This document shows, piece by piece, positions 29,036-37,397 of a DNA stretch of 64,000 nucleotides. Source of the DNA: Pseudobacteriovorax antillogorgiicola (GTDB lineage: Bacteria > Bdellovibrionota_B > Oligoflexia > Oligoflexales > RGVZ01). Location of the stretch: positions 7,901-71,900 of the forward strand of contig CAMBEK010000002.1 of NCBI GenBank assembly GCA_945865565.1, read 5' to 3'. Position 1 is the stretch's first letter; every line of letters begins with the position of its first letter. The position numbers and the translations under genes are program-made. The notes under the pieces were generated by a model, which saw nothing but the letters and a program-made list of their open reading frames with translations, was not told the origin of the DNA and searched no databases.

Positions 29036-30037
29036 ATGAAAAGCGCACTCAATTTCCCTCGTGCAATCCGTTTTGCTCGCAGCAACCTCGCTGTGGCCAT
29101 GTTGGCTTTAGTCACCGTCGCTTGTGGAGACGGATCAAATCGGGTTTCCAGCCTTCGGGACTTTCGCGAAGTTATAAAGTTCGACCTGCTCGAGCGTGCC
29201 GGCTACCCAATATCAAATTATCAGATTGGGCCAGAGTGGGGCCGCTTTGAAATTACCGACGAGGCCATGGCCAAGGAGACTCCTGAATTTAACAAACTCG
29301 TCAATGCAACGGCTTCCGTTGGCGGAGCGACGGGCTTTTATCTTGGCGTTCACAATGGCATCCATGTCATGGCAACCAACAATCATGTGATCAAGGACGA
29401 GAGCGGCTGTTACATGGCCACCGTTGGTTTTCAAGATCGCTCGGGTCAAATATTTGAGGGGTTCTGCCACCATGTGATCGGAACATGGAAGGACGTAGAT
29501 TTCACCTTGTTTGAAGTGCGGTTCACCCCGCAAAATGCGGCGAAAATGTCCGGCCGTGAATCCTTGATGCGTTTTGATGCTCCAATCCAAAAGGGGCGAG
29601 ATCTGATGATGGCCGGTTTTGGAATCGCAGGGGCAAACACCCGCCGACTCTACCGCGGTACCCATGATTCGGATTGCAAAGTTTATTCAAAGGACAACGA
29701 GTTCCGTTACATGCCCGATCCAGATCAAGTCAATCCAGGCGAAGGAAAAGTCTGGTTGTTTGCCCTTGGTTGCGACATCTCCCACGGCGATTCGGGTTCA
29801 GCCATTGCGGCACGCGACAACGGTGATTTGATCGGGATCATTTCGACAGGCCGTATTCCCAAAAATCCAAAGGTTCGCGAGTCGGCGTACCTTGATCAGA
29901 TTTACGCCGATGGATCGGAAGATGTTTGGGGGGAACTAGGTTACGCAGTGCCTGCGGCCAAGATTGCCGAATACATGCGCCGGCAGGTCTCTGATCCGGT
30001 GATTGAATCTGTACTGCGGGCGGGTAACGGCCTTTAA
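29036..30037 (+). CDS. Trypsin-like (S1) serine protease lipoprotein
   Basis: Lipobox LVTVAC; ATGF, TNNHV, DFTL and GDSGS catalytic motifs. Confidence 0.88.
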   Translation: MKSALNFPRAIRFARSNLAVAMLALVTVACGDGSNRVSSLRDFREVIKFDLLERAGYPISNYQIGPEWGRFEITDEAMAKETPEFNKLVNATASVGGATGFYLGVHNGIHVMATNNHVIKDESGCYMATVGFQDRSGQIFEGFCHHVIGTWKDVDFTLFEVRFTPQNAAKMSGRESLMRFDAPIQKGRDLMMAGFGIAGANTRRLYRGTHDSDCKVYSKDNEFRYMPDPDQVNPGEGKVWLFALGCDISHGDSGSAIAARDNGDLIGIISTGRIPKNPKVRESAYLDQIYADGSEDVWGELGYAVPAAKIAEYMRRQVSDPVIESVLRAGNGL

Positions 30038-30123
30038 TACAAGCTCCTGAAATTACAGGTGGCGGCTAAAAAAAGTTAAGTGTTTTCGATAGATTGGCGA
30101 TGACTGGATCCGGGGGCCGGAGC

Positions 30124-30870
30124 ATGTCATCGCTTTTGTTTTTAGCCATGATCGGCGGACTATTCTCACTGGTCAGCACCTCGGTCGGGGCCTTTGCGAC
30201 TCCATGGCTGAGTCGAGCGACCTTTATGGGCGATCTTCGCGCTGGTGTGGATTTTGCGCTCGGCGTCATGTTGTCGGCGGTTGCCTTCAGTCTGATTGGG
30301 CCAAATCTTGTAGACGCCTTTGCCCATCCAGACCGCCTTGAACTGGTGATCGGTGGATTCGTTACCGGTGTCTTGTTCCTTGGAGTTGGGCATGGCCTTG
30401 CCGAGCGCTCTGCACGACTCAAGGCCGGTCCCGGGAGTGCCTCGCGGTGGATGTTTGCCGCCGCCATCTTCTTGCATAATTTTCCGGAAGGTATGGGCGC
30501 AGGATCGTCTTTGGCTGGAACAAAATTGTCTGAAGCCCTTGTTTTGCAAATCGGACTTGCGATCCAAAATGTTGCCGAAGGGGCGTTGCTGGTCATTTGC
30601 TTTCAGGCGATTGGATGGTCGCTGCGCCGGGCAATCATCGCCAGTGTCCTTTCAGGTGTGGTTGAATTCAGCGGAGCCCTCACGGGAGGTATTGCCCTGG
30701 AGTGGACCCTTCGTTCCCTGCCCTTTTCTCTGGCCTTGGCTGGTGGAGCCATGCTGATGAGCGTCGTGCTGGAATACCGCGAACGCAAAAGAGAGGGTAT
30801 TCCGGTGGCTCCGCTCCGGTTCTTATTGGGGATGGCTTCAATTCCGCTGTTAAATTTATTGATCCCCTAA
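30124..30870 (+). CDS. ZIP family divalent metal transporter
   Basis: LHNFPEG and IQNVAEG signature helices in a multi-TM protein. Confidence 0.88.
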   Translation: MSSLLFLAMIGGLFSLVSTSVGAFATPWLSRATFMGDLRAGVDFALGVMLSAVAFSLIGPNLVDAFAHPDRLELVIGGFVTGVLFLGVGHGLAERSARLKAGPGSASRWMFAAAIFLHNFPEGMGAGSSLAGTKLSEALVLQIGLAIQNVAEGALLVICFQAIGWSLRRAIIASVLSGVVEFSGALTGGIALEWTLRSLPFSLALAGGAMLMSVVLEYRERKREGIPVAPLRFLLGMASIPLLNLLIP

Positions 30871-30876
30871 GCCCGG

Positions 30877-32313
30877 CTATTTACAACGCACGCCGGGAAT
30901 TCCTAGGCGGGCAAGGTTTGCGCGCTTCTCTTCTGCTGGCATACGAGGGTGGCTGCAAACGGCGGTGATGAATAGCTGGATTGGCTTTTCCCTTCCCGGC
31001 GATAGTTCAAGGAGGCGCCCGGCGCGGGCCAGGGCCTCGTCATATTCTCCCATGTTGAGCAGATCTCCTGCTGTGAAGTAAAGGCTGTCAGGAGTCTCTT
31101 CCACGGATTGACTGCGGGACCACAAGGCTTCAGCCGAAGTCCATGCACGTGCAATAAAAACCGACTGGGCCAATGCAAGGCTGCACACCGCGGCGAAAAA
31201 CCATCTCATTCCTTTGGCTGCCGACGTGAGTTCCTTGAGCATTACGGCAGCCGCAAGCATCGTTCCCGGCAGTGCGGCGAGTGCATAACTATCCGCAACA
31301 AAAATATCGCTCAATTGCAGTGTGACGACCAGAATGGGAAGGGCAGCGTAAAGGGACCACAGCCAAAATTCCTTGCGCCTTTCGTGCAGATGAAATCCCG
31401 CCCATCCCGCAAGTGGAATCATGAGCAGCCCAACTAGATTTGCGAGAGCGCCGGTGGAATATCGGTGGGCGATGTTGAAGGGGATCAAGAGATTGAAGAA
31501 ATATCGTCCGGCTGCCAGCATCGAAATATCGATTTCATCCCAGCGAAAGCCACTTAATTTTTTCCCGTAGATTTCTGCGTGTGGCGTCAGTTGGAATCCG
31601 AACCACGTGACGCCCTGATAGACCGTCATGTTCAAGGCGATGGTACTCAGTGAAACTAAAGCCAGACCCGCCGTGAGGATCACGATGGTTGGGCGGTGTT
31701 GTCGCATCCAGTCAGTATTTTTGCTGGTGGCGAGAAAGGTGATCGCCCAGATTGGCCACAAAACATTGATCGGTTGAGAAAGTGCCCCTGCGGCAAAGGC
31801 AGTCAATATCAAGAGCGCGCGAACGGGGTTCAAGTGCCCAAGGATGAGCCTCGTGGCAATCAAGGTAAACAGAAGGCTCAGCAAGTGCTTGCGGCCGGAA
31901 ACCCATGCCACGGGTTCAACAGCCACGGGATGGATCGCCATCAAGATCACCACGATGGCAGCCGTGGAAAATCCTTTCTTCTGGTGGCCTTCGGGAAACA
32001 CCTTCTGGGCAATCTGCCAGACCAGAGCCAAGACGGCCCACCAGATCAGGATGTTGGACAGGTGAAAATGGGGTTCTGTGCCCAGAGCCCGGGCCAGCTG
32101 CCAATCAATCCAGTAACTTAGGTCACGAACCGGCTGAAAGTCCGGCAGGGATCCGGATCGGATGAGGGTCCACCAATCAGCCAAATTGTGGACCTCTTTG
32201 AGGGGCGCCGTTAGCCAGCGGTCATCTCGCGCCAGAAGCTCGGTGCTGAGCGTCAAAGGCCCCTGGATGATCAGGGTCAGGGCCACAACTGCGAGGAGAA
32301 TCCATATTTGCAT
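30877..32313 (-). CDS. TMTC-like GT-C membrane glycosyltransferase with C-terminal TPR
   Basis: FQPVRDLSY, FHLSNIL, HPVAVEPVAWVSGRKHLL, RAW...LW and a TPR-like helix pair. Confidence 0.7.
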   Translation of the reverse strand: MQIWILLAVVALTLIIQGPLTLSTELLARDDRWLTAPLKEVHNLADWWTLIRSGSLPDFQPVRDLSYWIDWQLARALGTEPHFHLSNILIWWAVLALVWQIAQKVFPEGHQKKGFSTAAIVVILMAIHPVAVEPVAWVSGRKHLLSLLFTLIATRLILGHLNPVRALLILTAFAAGALSQPINVLWPIWAITFLATSKNTDWMRQHRPTIVILTAGLALVSLSTIALNMTVYQGVTWFGFQLTPHAEIYGKKLSGFRWDEIDISMLAAGRYFFNLLIPFNIAHRYSTGALANLVGLLMIPLAGWAGFHLHERRKEFWLWSLYAALPILVVTLQLSDIFVADSYALAALPGTMLAAAVMLKELTSAAKGMRWFFAAVCSLALAQSVFIARAWTSAEALWSRSQSVEETPDSLYFTAGDLLNMGEYDEALARAGRLLELSPGREKPIQLFITAVCSHPRMPAEEKRANLARLGIPGVRCK

Positions 32314-32381
32314 AACAACTTCTATTGATATTTTATAATTTTAATATAAATTACCTGAACTTTATGAACTCAGGGGGTTCC

Positions 32382-33701
32382 ATGCCAGTTCTTTTGTCTG
32401 GGCCATCCGCAAGGGCTGTCTGCCTGTCAGTTGGGTTTTCTTTCTTCCTGGCCTCTTGTGGTCGGTCAGATGACGGGTCAGGCAATGGGTCAGACTTAAA
32501 GCACCAGTTTGGCAGGACATCCGTGGCGCGCACGAATCCCCCAATTGCATGCCGCGACGGCAACACCCACAAGAATATCATCACGTACATCAAAAGCCTC
32601 GTCCGGTATTTGACCAAGGCAAACCCAAAGACCTTTAAAGGCGACCTGGATGGCAGCAAGATCTGCGTCATGATCGAAGACGACGATCGAATTGGTGCGT
32701 CGATGGAACCGAACTCGGGTCAGATGCGGATTAATACGGGCCTCTTCTTGAAAAAAAACGGCTTTGATTCTGATGCTGCCATCGCCACGGTGATCGCCCA
32801 CGAACTTGCGCATTTCACCATGGATCATGCCCATGCCCGGCCAACGGCACTGGATCTTCCGTCCGACTACGACGACGCGGCTTACAAGAAAAAATTGGCT
32901 GAATACAAGGCCATTGAAACAAAGGCCTCCGTCATGATTGGTGAGGCTTTTGATCGCGTGGCAAAGCAATATGGAGAAGGCCTTGTCATTTCAATGACGC
33001 CGGTATTTGACGAAATACGCGCACTCAAGGGAGTGGATTCGAGGCAGCAGCGAGATATCGAATGGACGGTCACTCTATTCGATGAATTCAAAGCAGACGT
33101 CGATTCCCTGCGCAAGTCCGGCGATGAAAAAGAATATTCGAGAAGGATGTCGGGGTACTTGTTAAGGCACGTGGAGCAGGCCCAGACCTACCGGCCAAAG
33201 ATTTCTCCGGTGCTTCGTGATGCGGCTGAGCCATGGGCGACCATGTTGACTGCCCTTGAATTAAAAAACCGCCTCGTTGCGGCGGCTAAGAAATACGAGC
33301 TGAGCAAAGAGGATCTTGTTCCCGAGTTGAAAAGGCTTCGGGCTCCGCACTTCCAGTGGGATGAAGAGCAGGCGGATGAAGTCGGTTTTGAGTTATTCAT
33401 TCGCGGCGGATTTGAACCCCGGGTCTATCCCGAAGTTTTTAATCAAGTAGCACAAAATCTCGAGGGTGCCGCAGACTGTGCGAAGGAAGTTAATCCGAAT
33501 TTGATGCCGCCACGGATTCATCCTGACCGGGAACCCCGCGGAAATCATCCGGACGCGTGCTGGCGTTATTGGAACTTGCGTTTCAATGAGCCGAAAATTC
33601 ATGATGCCGAATATACGCGGATCATGCCGAGCGTAACATTGATGGACTTGCCGCAACTTTCAGGTCAGCGTGAGGCAATCGAGCTGGAAGTTTCGCGTTA
33701 A
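32382..33701 (+). CDS. M48-family zinc metallopeptidase lipoprotein
   Basis: Lipobox FLASC, HELAH and EEQADEVG. Confidence 0.85.
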   Translation: MPVLLSGPSARAVCLSVGFSFFLASCGRSDDGSGNGSDLKHQFGRTSVARTNPPIACRDGNTHKNIITYIKSLVRYLTKANPKTFKGDLDGSKICVMIEDDDRIGASMEPNSGQMRINTGLFLKKNGFDSDAAIATVIAHELAHFTMDHAHARPTALDLPSDYDDAAYKKKLAEYKAIETKASVMIGEAFDRVAKQYGEGLVISMTPVFDEIRALKGVDSRQQRDIEWTVTLFDEFKADVDSLRKSGDEKEYSRRMSGYLLRHVEQAQTYRPKISPVLRDAAEPWATMLTALELKNRLVAAAKKYELSKEDLVPELKRLRAPHFQWDEEQADEVGFELFIRGGFEPRVYPEVFNQVAQNLEGAADCAKEVNPNLMPPRIHPDREPRGNHPDACWRYWNLRFNEPKIHDAEYTRIMPSVTLMDLPQLSGQREAIELEVSR

Positions 33702-33735
33702 TGCCAAACGGCCACTTGCACGGCACGATCGTATC

Positions 33736-34275
33736 TTAGTCAGGACAAGGCTCGTGCTGTGCATTTTTTACCGCCGCGCCTTGCTCATAAACAAGTTTTC
33801 CGCCCAGGTGGCCTGTCCAAGTCAGACACGCGATGCCTGCGATAAAACCAAGAGACGCAATGGTTCGAATTGGGTTCAGTGAGGACTTAAATCGTCCAAT
33901 CATTGAAATCAATTCACCACCCGCCGCGGTGGCAAGTCCGCTGGAAAAAATTACCATGGCCCAGTCAGCCCATTCTTCGTGATCTTTTGTGATGGTCGGA
34001 TCACAGATGATTTGATTGACGGTGTCCTCTGCCAGCTCACCGGTTTTCAGTGCGACGAGACCAGCAATCAAACCCAGTCCCATCAAAAGGCAAGATCCCC
34101 GACGCATGGATTTTGCGAAAGCGTCCCGGTGGAAGCCGTCTGCAACAATTGCCAGAAACCAAATCCCAGTTGCGGTCATCAACAGGGCCACGGGGAAATG
34201 AACGACAAGCGGGTGGAAGAGTTCCACCCGCGCAGGAATCAAGGATTTCACGGCGTCCAAGATTCCGTTTAGCAT
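33736..34275 (-). CDS. DUF2231-like membrane protein
   Basis: HPLVVHFPVALL and TGHLGGKLVYEQG motifs. Confidence 0.8.
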   Translation of the reverse strand: MLNGILDAVKSLIPARVELFHPLVVHFPVALLMTATGIWFLAIVADGFHRDAFAKSMRRGSCLLMGLGLIAGLVALKTGELAEDTVNQIICDPTITKDHEEWADWAMVIFSSGLATAAGGELISMIGRFKSSLNPIRTIASLGFIAGIACLTWTGHLGGKLVYEQGAAVKNAQHEPCPD

Positions 34276-34276
34276 A

Positions 34277-34636
34277 TCAGCGAATCTCAACGGCAATTGG
34301 TGTCAAACGACGGCCATGCTTTTCCGCTGAAACCTTCACGTTCGTGCCTTCTTTTAAAGCACTGAAGTCAGCCGGCGCTCCGCCCGATGTCACGGTCGTG
34401 GCGTCCGTGAAGTAGAACTCGTGCTTTTTGCCAGCAGCGTCTTTGACATAGATTTCTTTTTTCTTGGTGACAACCTTCACGACACTGCCTTCGATCTCCA
34501 CGATCGCAGCAGATTTTTTGATGGTCGTCGTCATTTCAGCAGCTGCCGCTGGCTTGGCTTCATTTGAAGCCGGCTGAGCAAAAGCTCCGGAACTCAAACC
34601 CGCAACGAACACCGATGTCATAATCAATTTACGCAT
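34277..34636 (-). CDS. Small periplasmic beta-barrel (OB-fold-like) protein
   Basis: Signal peptide ending AFA; IEGSV...FTDATTV...LKEGTNVKV pattern. Confidence 0.65.
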   Translation of the reverse strand: MRKLIMTSVFVAGLSSGAFAQPASNEAKPAAAAEMTTTIKKSAAIVEIEGSVVKVVTKKKEIYVKDAAGKKHEFYFTDATTVTSGGAPADFSALKEGTNVKVSAEKHGRRLTPIAVEIR

Positions 34637-34695
34637 TGTTAGATCCTCCTAAAGATTATTTGTACGCCCACTGAGGGGCGTTGTCCTCATTCGTT

Positions 34696-35244
34696 TCAAA
34701 CCTTGGTGGTCAAGAGGTCTTCTAGGAACCAGGCAGTGAACTCGTTGCGACCGGCAATGCTGGATTTTCGGTAGATATCTTGAGCCTGCTGGCGCACGGT
34801 CCGCTCACTTGCCTTTCGGATTTCGGCGGCTTCTTTGAACGACAGTCCTTTTAAAATGAGGAATCCGACCTCTTTTTCAGCGGGTGACAGGCCCCACCGC
34901 ATGAACTGGTGATCGATTTCGTTTGCGAGCCCCTCGGTGTGAAGGCGCGCTTTTTCCCGCCATTCCTGAAGGTCCTTTCTGGTCTCATCCAGCCGGCTTT
35001 CCAGGCGCGTGGCCTTTTTAAGGGTTGAAAGGACTAGAAGGACAAATGACGTGGTGCCAAGGCCGATCATCACGGTCTCCCACGCAAGGTGCAGGCTGGG
35101 TGCGCCGTTCGCCAGGTCCTGCCATAAATCAAATCCATGCATCGCCACGATGATCGCGACGATGATGGTCGCAATTTTTTTTGCATGACCAGCGCGATGA
35201 TTTTTTTTAGCTTCGCTCATGCCTCGACTATAGTTGAAGGCCAT
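34696..35244 (-). CDS. Membrane-anchored LuxR-type HTH regulator
   Basis: Two TM segments, then LSPAEKEVGFLILKGLSFKEAAEIRKASERTVRQQAQDIYRK. Confidence 0.85.
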   Translation of the reverse strand: MAFNYSRGMSEAKKNHRAGHAKKIATIIVAIIVAMHGFDLWQDLANGAPSLHLAWETVMIGLGTTSFVLLVLSTLKKATRLESRLDETRKDLQEWREKARLHTEGLANEIDHQFMRWGLSPAEKEVGFLILKGLSFKEAAEIRKASERTVRQQAQDIYRKSSIAGRNEFTAWFLEDLLTTKV

Positions 35245-35262
35245 AGGGTGCTGCCACCTGAA

Positions 35263-35904
35263 TTAGGGTGCTGGTGGAGGCATGAAAAAAGGTGGAATGA
35301 TTCTGAGTCCGGCATCCTTGTCTAAGGCTAACAGGGCAGCCCTGTCGTCGCCCGCCAAGGTTAATTTGTCCACCTGGTTTTTAAAGTTGGCCTCTTCTTG
35401 CACTTGCTCCGTGATGAAAAAGAGCAAGAATGTTGCTGCATCCCGAGAATTCATGGCTGTGGCCAGATCGTGAAGTTTATTGATTCGCTCTGTTTGGATT
35501 TCTTCCAGGGCCAAGGATTTGGATGCGGCATCCAGCGGCGTGGTGAAAGTGATCGTTGGCACGTCAATCCCGTCAATGGCTGGTGTCTCGTCCTTGTCTG
35601 TCAGGAAAAACATCATCATCCGGGCATGGTTTAGTTCCTCAACGTACTGTGCCGTGTACCATGAACCAAATCCGTTGAGGTTGATTGCGTAGAAATTACT
35701 GGCGAGACTCAGATATTCTTGGGCTCCGTTGAGTTCGTCCTTAATTTGTTGATTGATGGCGGTCGTTACGTCCGGCGGGAGCTTGCGCAACATGGCCGTG
35801 TCGGTTGCCCCGTATCCTGCGGTTGAAAAAGTCAGAGCTGAAGCAGCCGCCAAGCTCAGCGCGGGTATGGCGATCACTGTCTTGATCCAATGGTAAACCC
35901 TCAT
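35263..35904 (-). CDS. Non-heme ferritin (FtnA-like) with N-terminal signal-peptide-like extension
   Basis: DELN...Y, EELNHA, LEE and TEQVQEE ferroxidase residues; AGGAG RBS 6 nt before ATG 35904. Confidence 0.88.
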   Translation of the reverse strand: MRVYHWIKTVIAIPALSLAAASALTFSTAGYGATDTAMLRKLPPDVTTAINQQIKDELNGAQEYLSLASNFYAINLNGFGSWYTAQYVEELNHARMMMFFLTDKDETPAIDGIDVPTITFTTPLDAASKSLALEEIQTERINKLHDLATAMNSRDAATFLLFFITEQVQEEANFKNQVDKLTLAGDDRAALLALDKDAGLRIIPPFFMPPPAP

Positions 35905-36186
35905 TTGATTCTCCTTTTGTGCTGGATCCCGAACCCAGCTGATTTGCTTCCTTGCCAGAAGAAACGTGATGCAACTTTCGGGCTGTAGAAAATTATCTCG
36001 TTCACGCCTCAATTCGCCATCCGTCAAATGACGGATAGTGAGTCTCTAATTAAAAATTCGGATCTCAAATTTTCCCCTGTTTTATTGGTTATTTATCAAT
36101 TGCTTATTTTTCATCTAAAGATCTCAATTCGGTAACCCGTTAACTCAAGGATGTTTTTTAAAATGTAATATGAGTAGCGGGGCTTT

Positions 36187-37236
36187 ATGCAAACTGATGC
36201 CGATCGGACATGTGTCCAAGTCCTTTCCTTTTGGGCGTCTGGTTTTGGCGTTGTGCTAATGCTGTTTGGTGCGTCTGCATGTTCTGGCAACGAAGAGACC
36301 CGGTCGCCTTCGGCCCTTGGCTCCGCAGTGACTGGCCATATCGAGCACTCCAGCGGTCAGGGAAAAAGTTTTTCTGTTTCTGCGACTGATGCCCCATGCC
36401 CCGGGGCGCAATCCGGCAGTCCAGCCTGCAGCACCGCCAGCGATTACGGCATGAGTGGTTCGGGTTCGAGCGCTAGCAGCGGGACTTCCAGCTCCAGCAG
36501 TAGCGGCGGGACTTCCAGCTCTAGCAGTAGCGGTGGGAGTGTGGTGAACACGCCATCGGTAGTTAATCTACAGCCAAGTGGAGCGCCAACCTGTGTGACG
36601 CCTAGTATTTGCGAGGAAGTTCTTGATGAGACCTGTCGTGTTCCTTATACAGCGAACTATTCTTGCCAAAATTTCGCTTATAATTTTTATAATCGCTGTA
36701 AGTGTGCCGGCGCGAGCGTTGTTCGCATTGACATTCAATGTCAGGGTGGTGCTCATGCGATAAACGGTGTTTATATGCCGCCGAAGCCACCAGATACGGT
36801 CGCAAAATTATGTGCGGTCGAACCTCAGGCTCCCTATGGGCCAGGTAAAAAACTTCAAGTGAAGCAGTGCGGTAATGTAAAGGAATTTTATACTTTCAAA
36901 GGGAAGAAATTTTACCGTTGGGTCACTAAATGCAAATTGGTGGATGGCCCCAATTGGGAAGTGCCGCCAAATCCCGATTGCAATTTTACCTATGAAAGGC
37001 TCTGCCGGAACATGGGGATGAAGCCAATACCCACCCCTGGCATTGGTGGCCTGACAATAATGCCCGATAACCCGGAACCAACTTTGATTCCCCAATGGTG
37101 CAGTGATACGAGAGTGCCTTTCACCCTTGCGGGTTGCATGACTTGTTGTGCCTCGATGTGGCCGCGTAGCACCCTTCTGGGAGATGAATGGAGAGACGCG
37201 TGTTCTGCGGCGTGTCGCAGTCGCGCTAATCCCTAG
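36187..37236 (+). CDS. Cys-rich secreted/lipoprotein hypothetical protein with Ser/Gly linker
   Basis: GASAC lipobox-like motif, SSGTSSSSSSGGTSSSSSSGG linker and many paired Cys. Confidence 0.6.
   Translation: MQTDADRTCVQVLSFWASGFGVVLMLFGASACSGNEETRSPSALGSAVTGHIEHSSGQGKSFSVSATDAPCPGAQSGSPACSTASDYGMSGSGSSASSGTSSSSSSGGTSSSSSSGGSVVNTPSVVNLQPSGAPTCVTPSICEEVLDETCRVPYTANYSCQNFAYNFYNRCKCAGASVVRIDIQCQGGAHAINGVYMPPKPPDTVAKLCAVEPQAPYGPGKKLQVKQCGNVKEFYTFKGKKFYRWVTKCKLVDGPNWEVPPNPDCNFTYERLCRNMGMKPIPTPGIGGLTIMPDNPEPTLIPQWCSDTRVPFTLAGCMTCCASMWPRSTLLGDEWRDACSAACRSRANP
36478..36540 (+). repeat. Coding tandem repeat (27-nt unit, GGTSSSSSS)
   Basis: GGGACTTCCAGCTCCAGCAGTAGC followed by GGGACTTCCAGCTCTAGCAGTAGC. 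Confidence 0.8.
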
Positions 37237-37277
37237 CCCGATTTTCGACCTGCGCGGGGCGATGGGTCTAGGATAGG

Positions 37278-37344
37278 AAAGGATCCTTCGCTAACGCTCA
37301 GGATGACGGGGCTTCGCTCAGGATGACGAGGGCGAGGGATGACG
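37278..37344 (-). repeat. REP-like repeat cluster (one full and two partial units)
   Basis: Reverse complement reads CCCGTCATCCTGAGCGTTAGCGAAGGATCCTTT, plus CGTCATCCTGAGCGAAGC and CGTCATCCC. Confidence 0.75.
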
Positions 37345-37347
37345 AGG

Positions 37348-37387
37348 GAAAAAAGAATCCCCCGCTGCGCTAGCGCAGCGGGGGATT
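37348..37387 (-). terminator. Rho-independent terminator downstream of the deaD-like gene
   Basis: Perfect 32-bp palindrome AATCCCCCGCTGCGCTAGCGCAGCGGGGGATT (37356-37387) followed on the minus strand by a U-tract. Confidence 0.8.
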
Positions 37388-37397
37388 GGGGGTCTAA

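Noticed and set aside
35905-36027. Further upstream extension of the ferritin ORF
   Set aside because: No RBS support; the strong AGGAG precedes ATG 35904.
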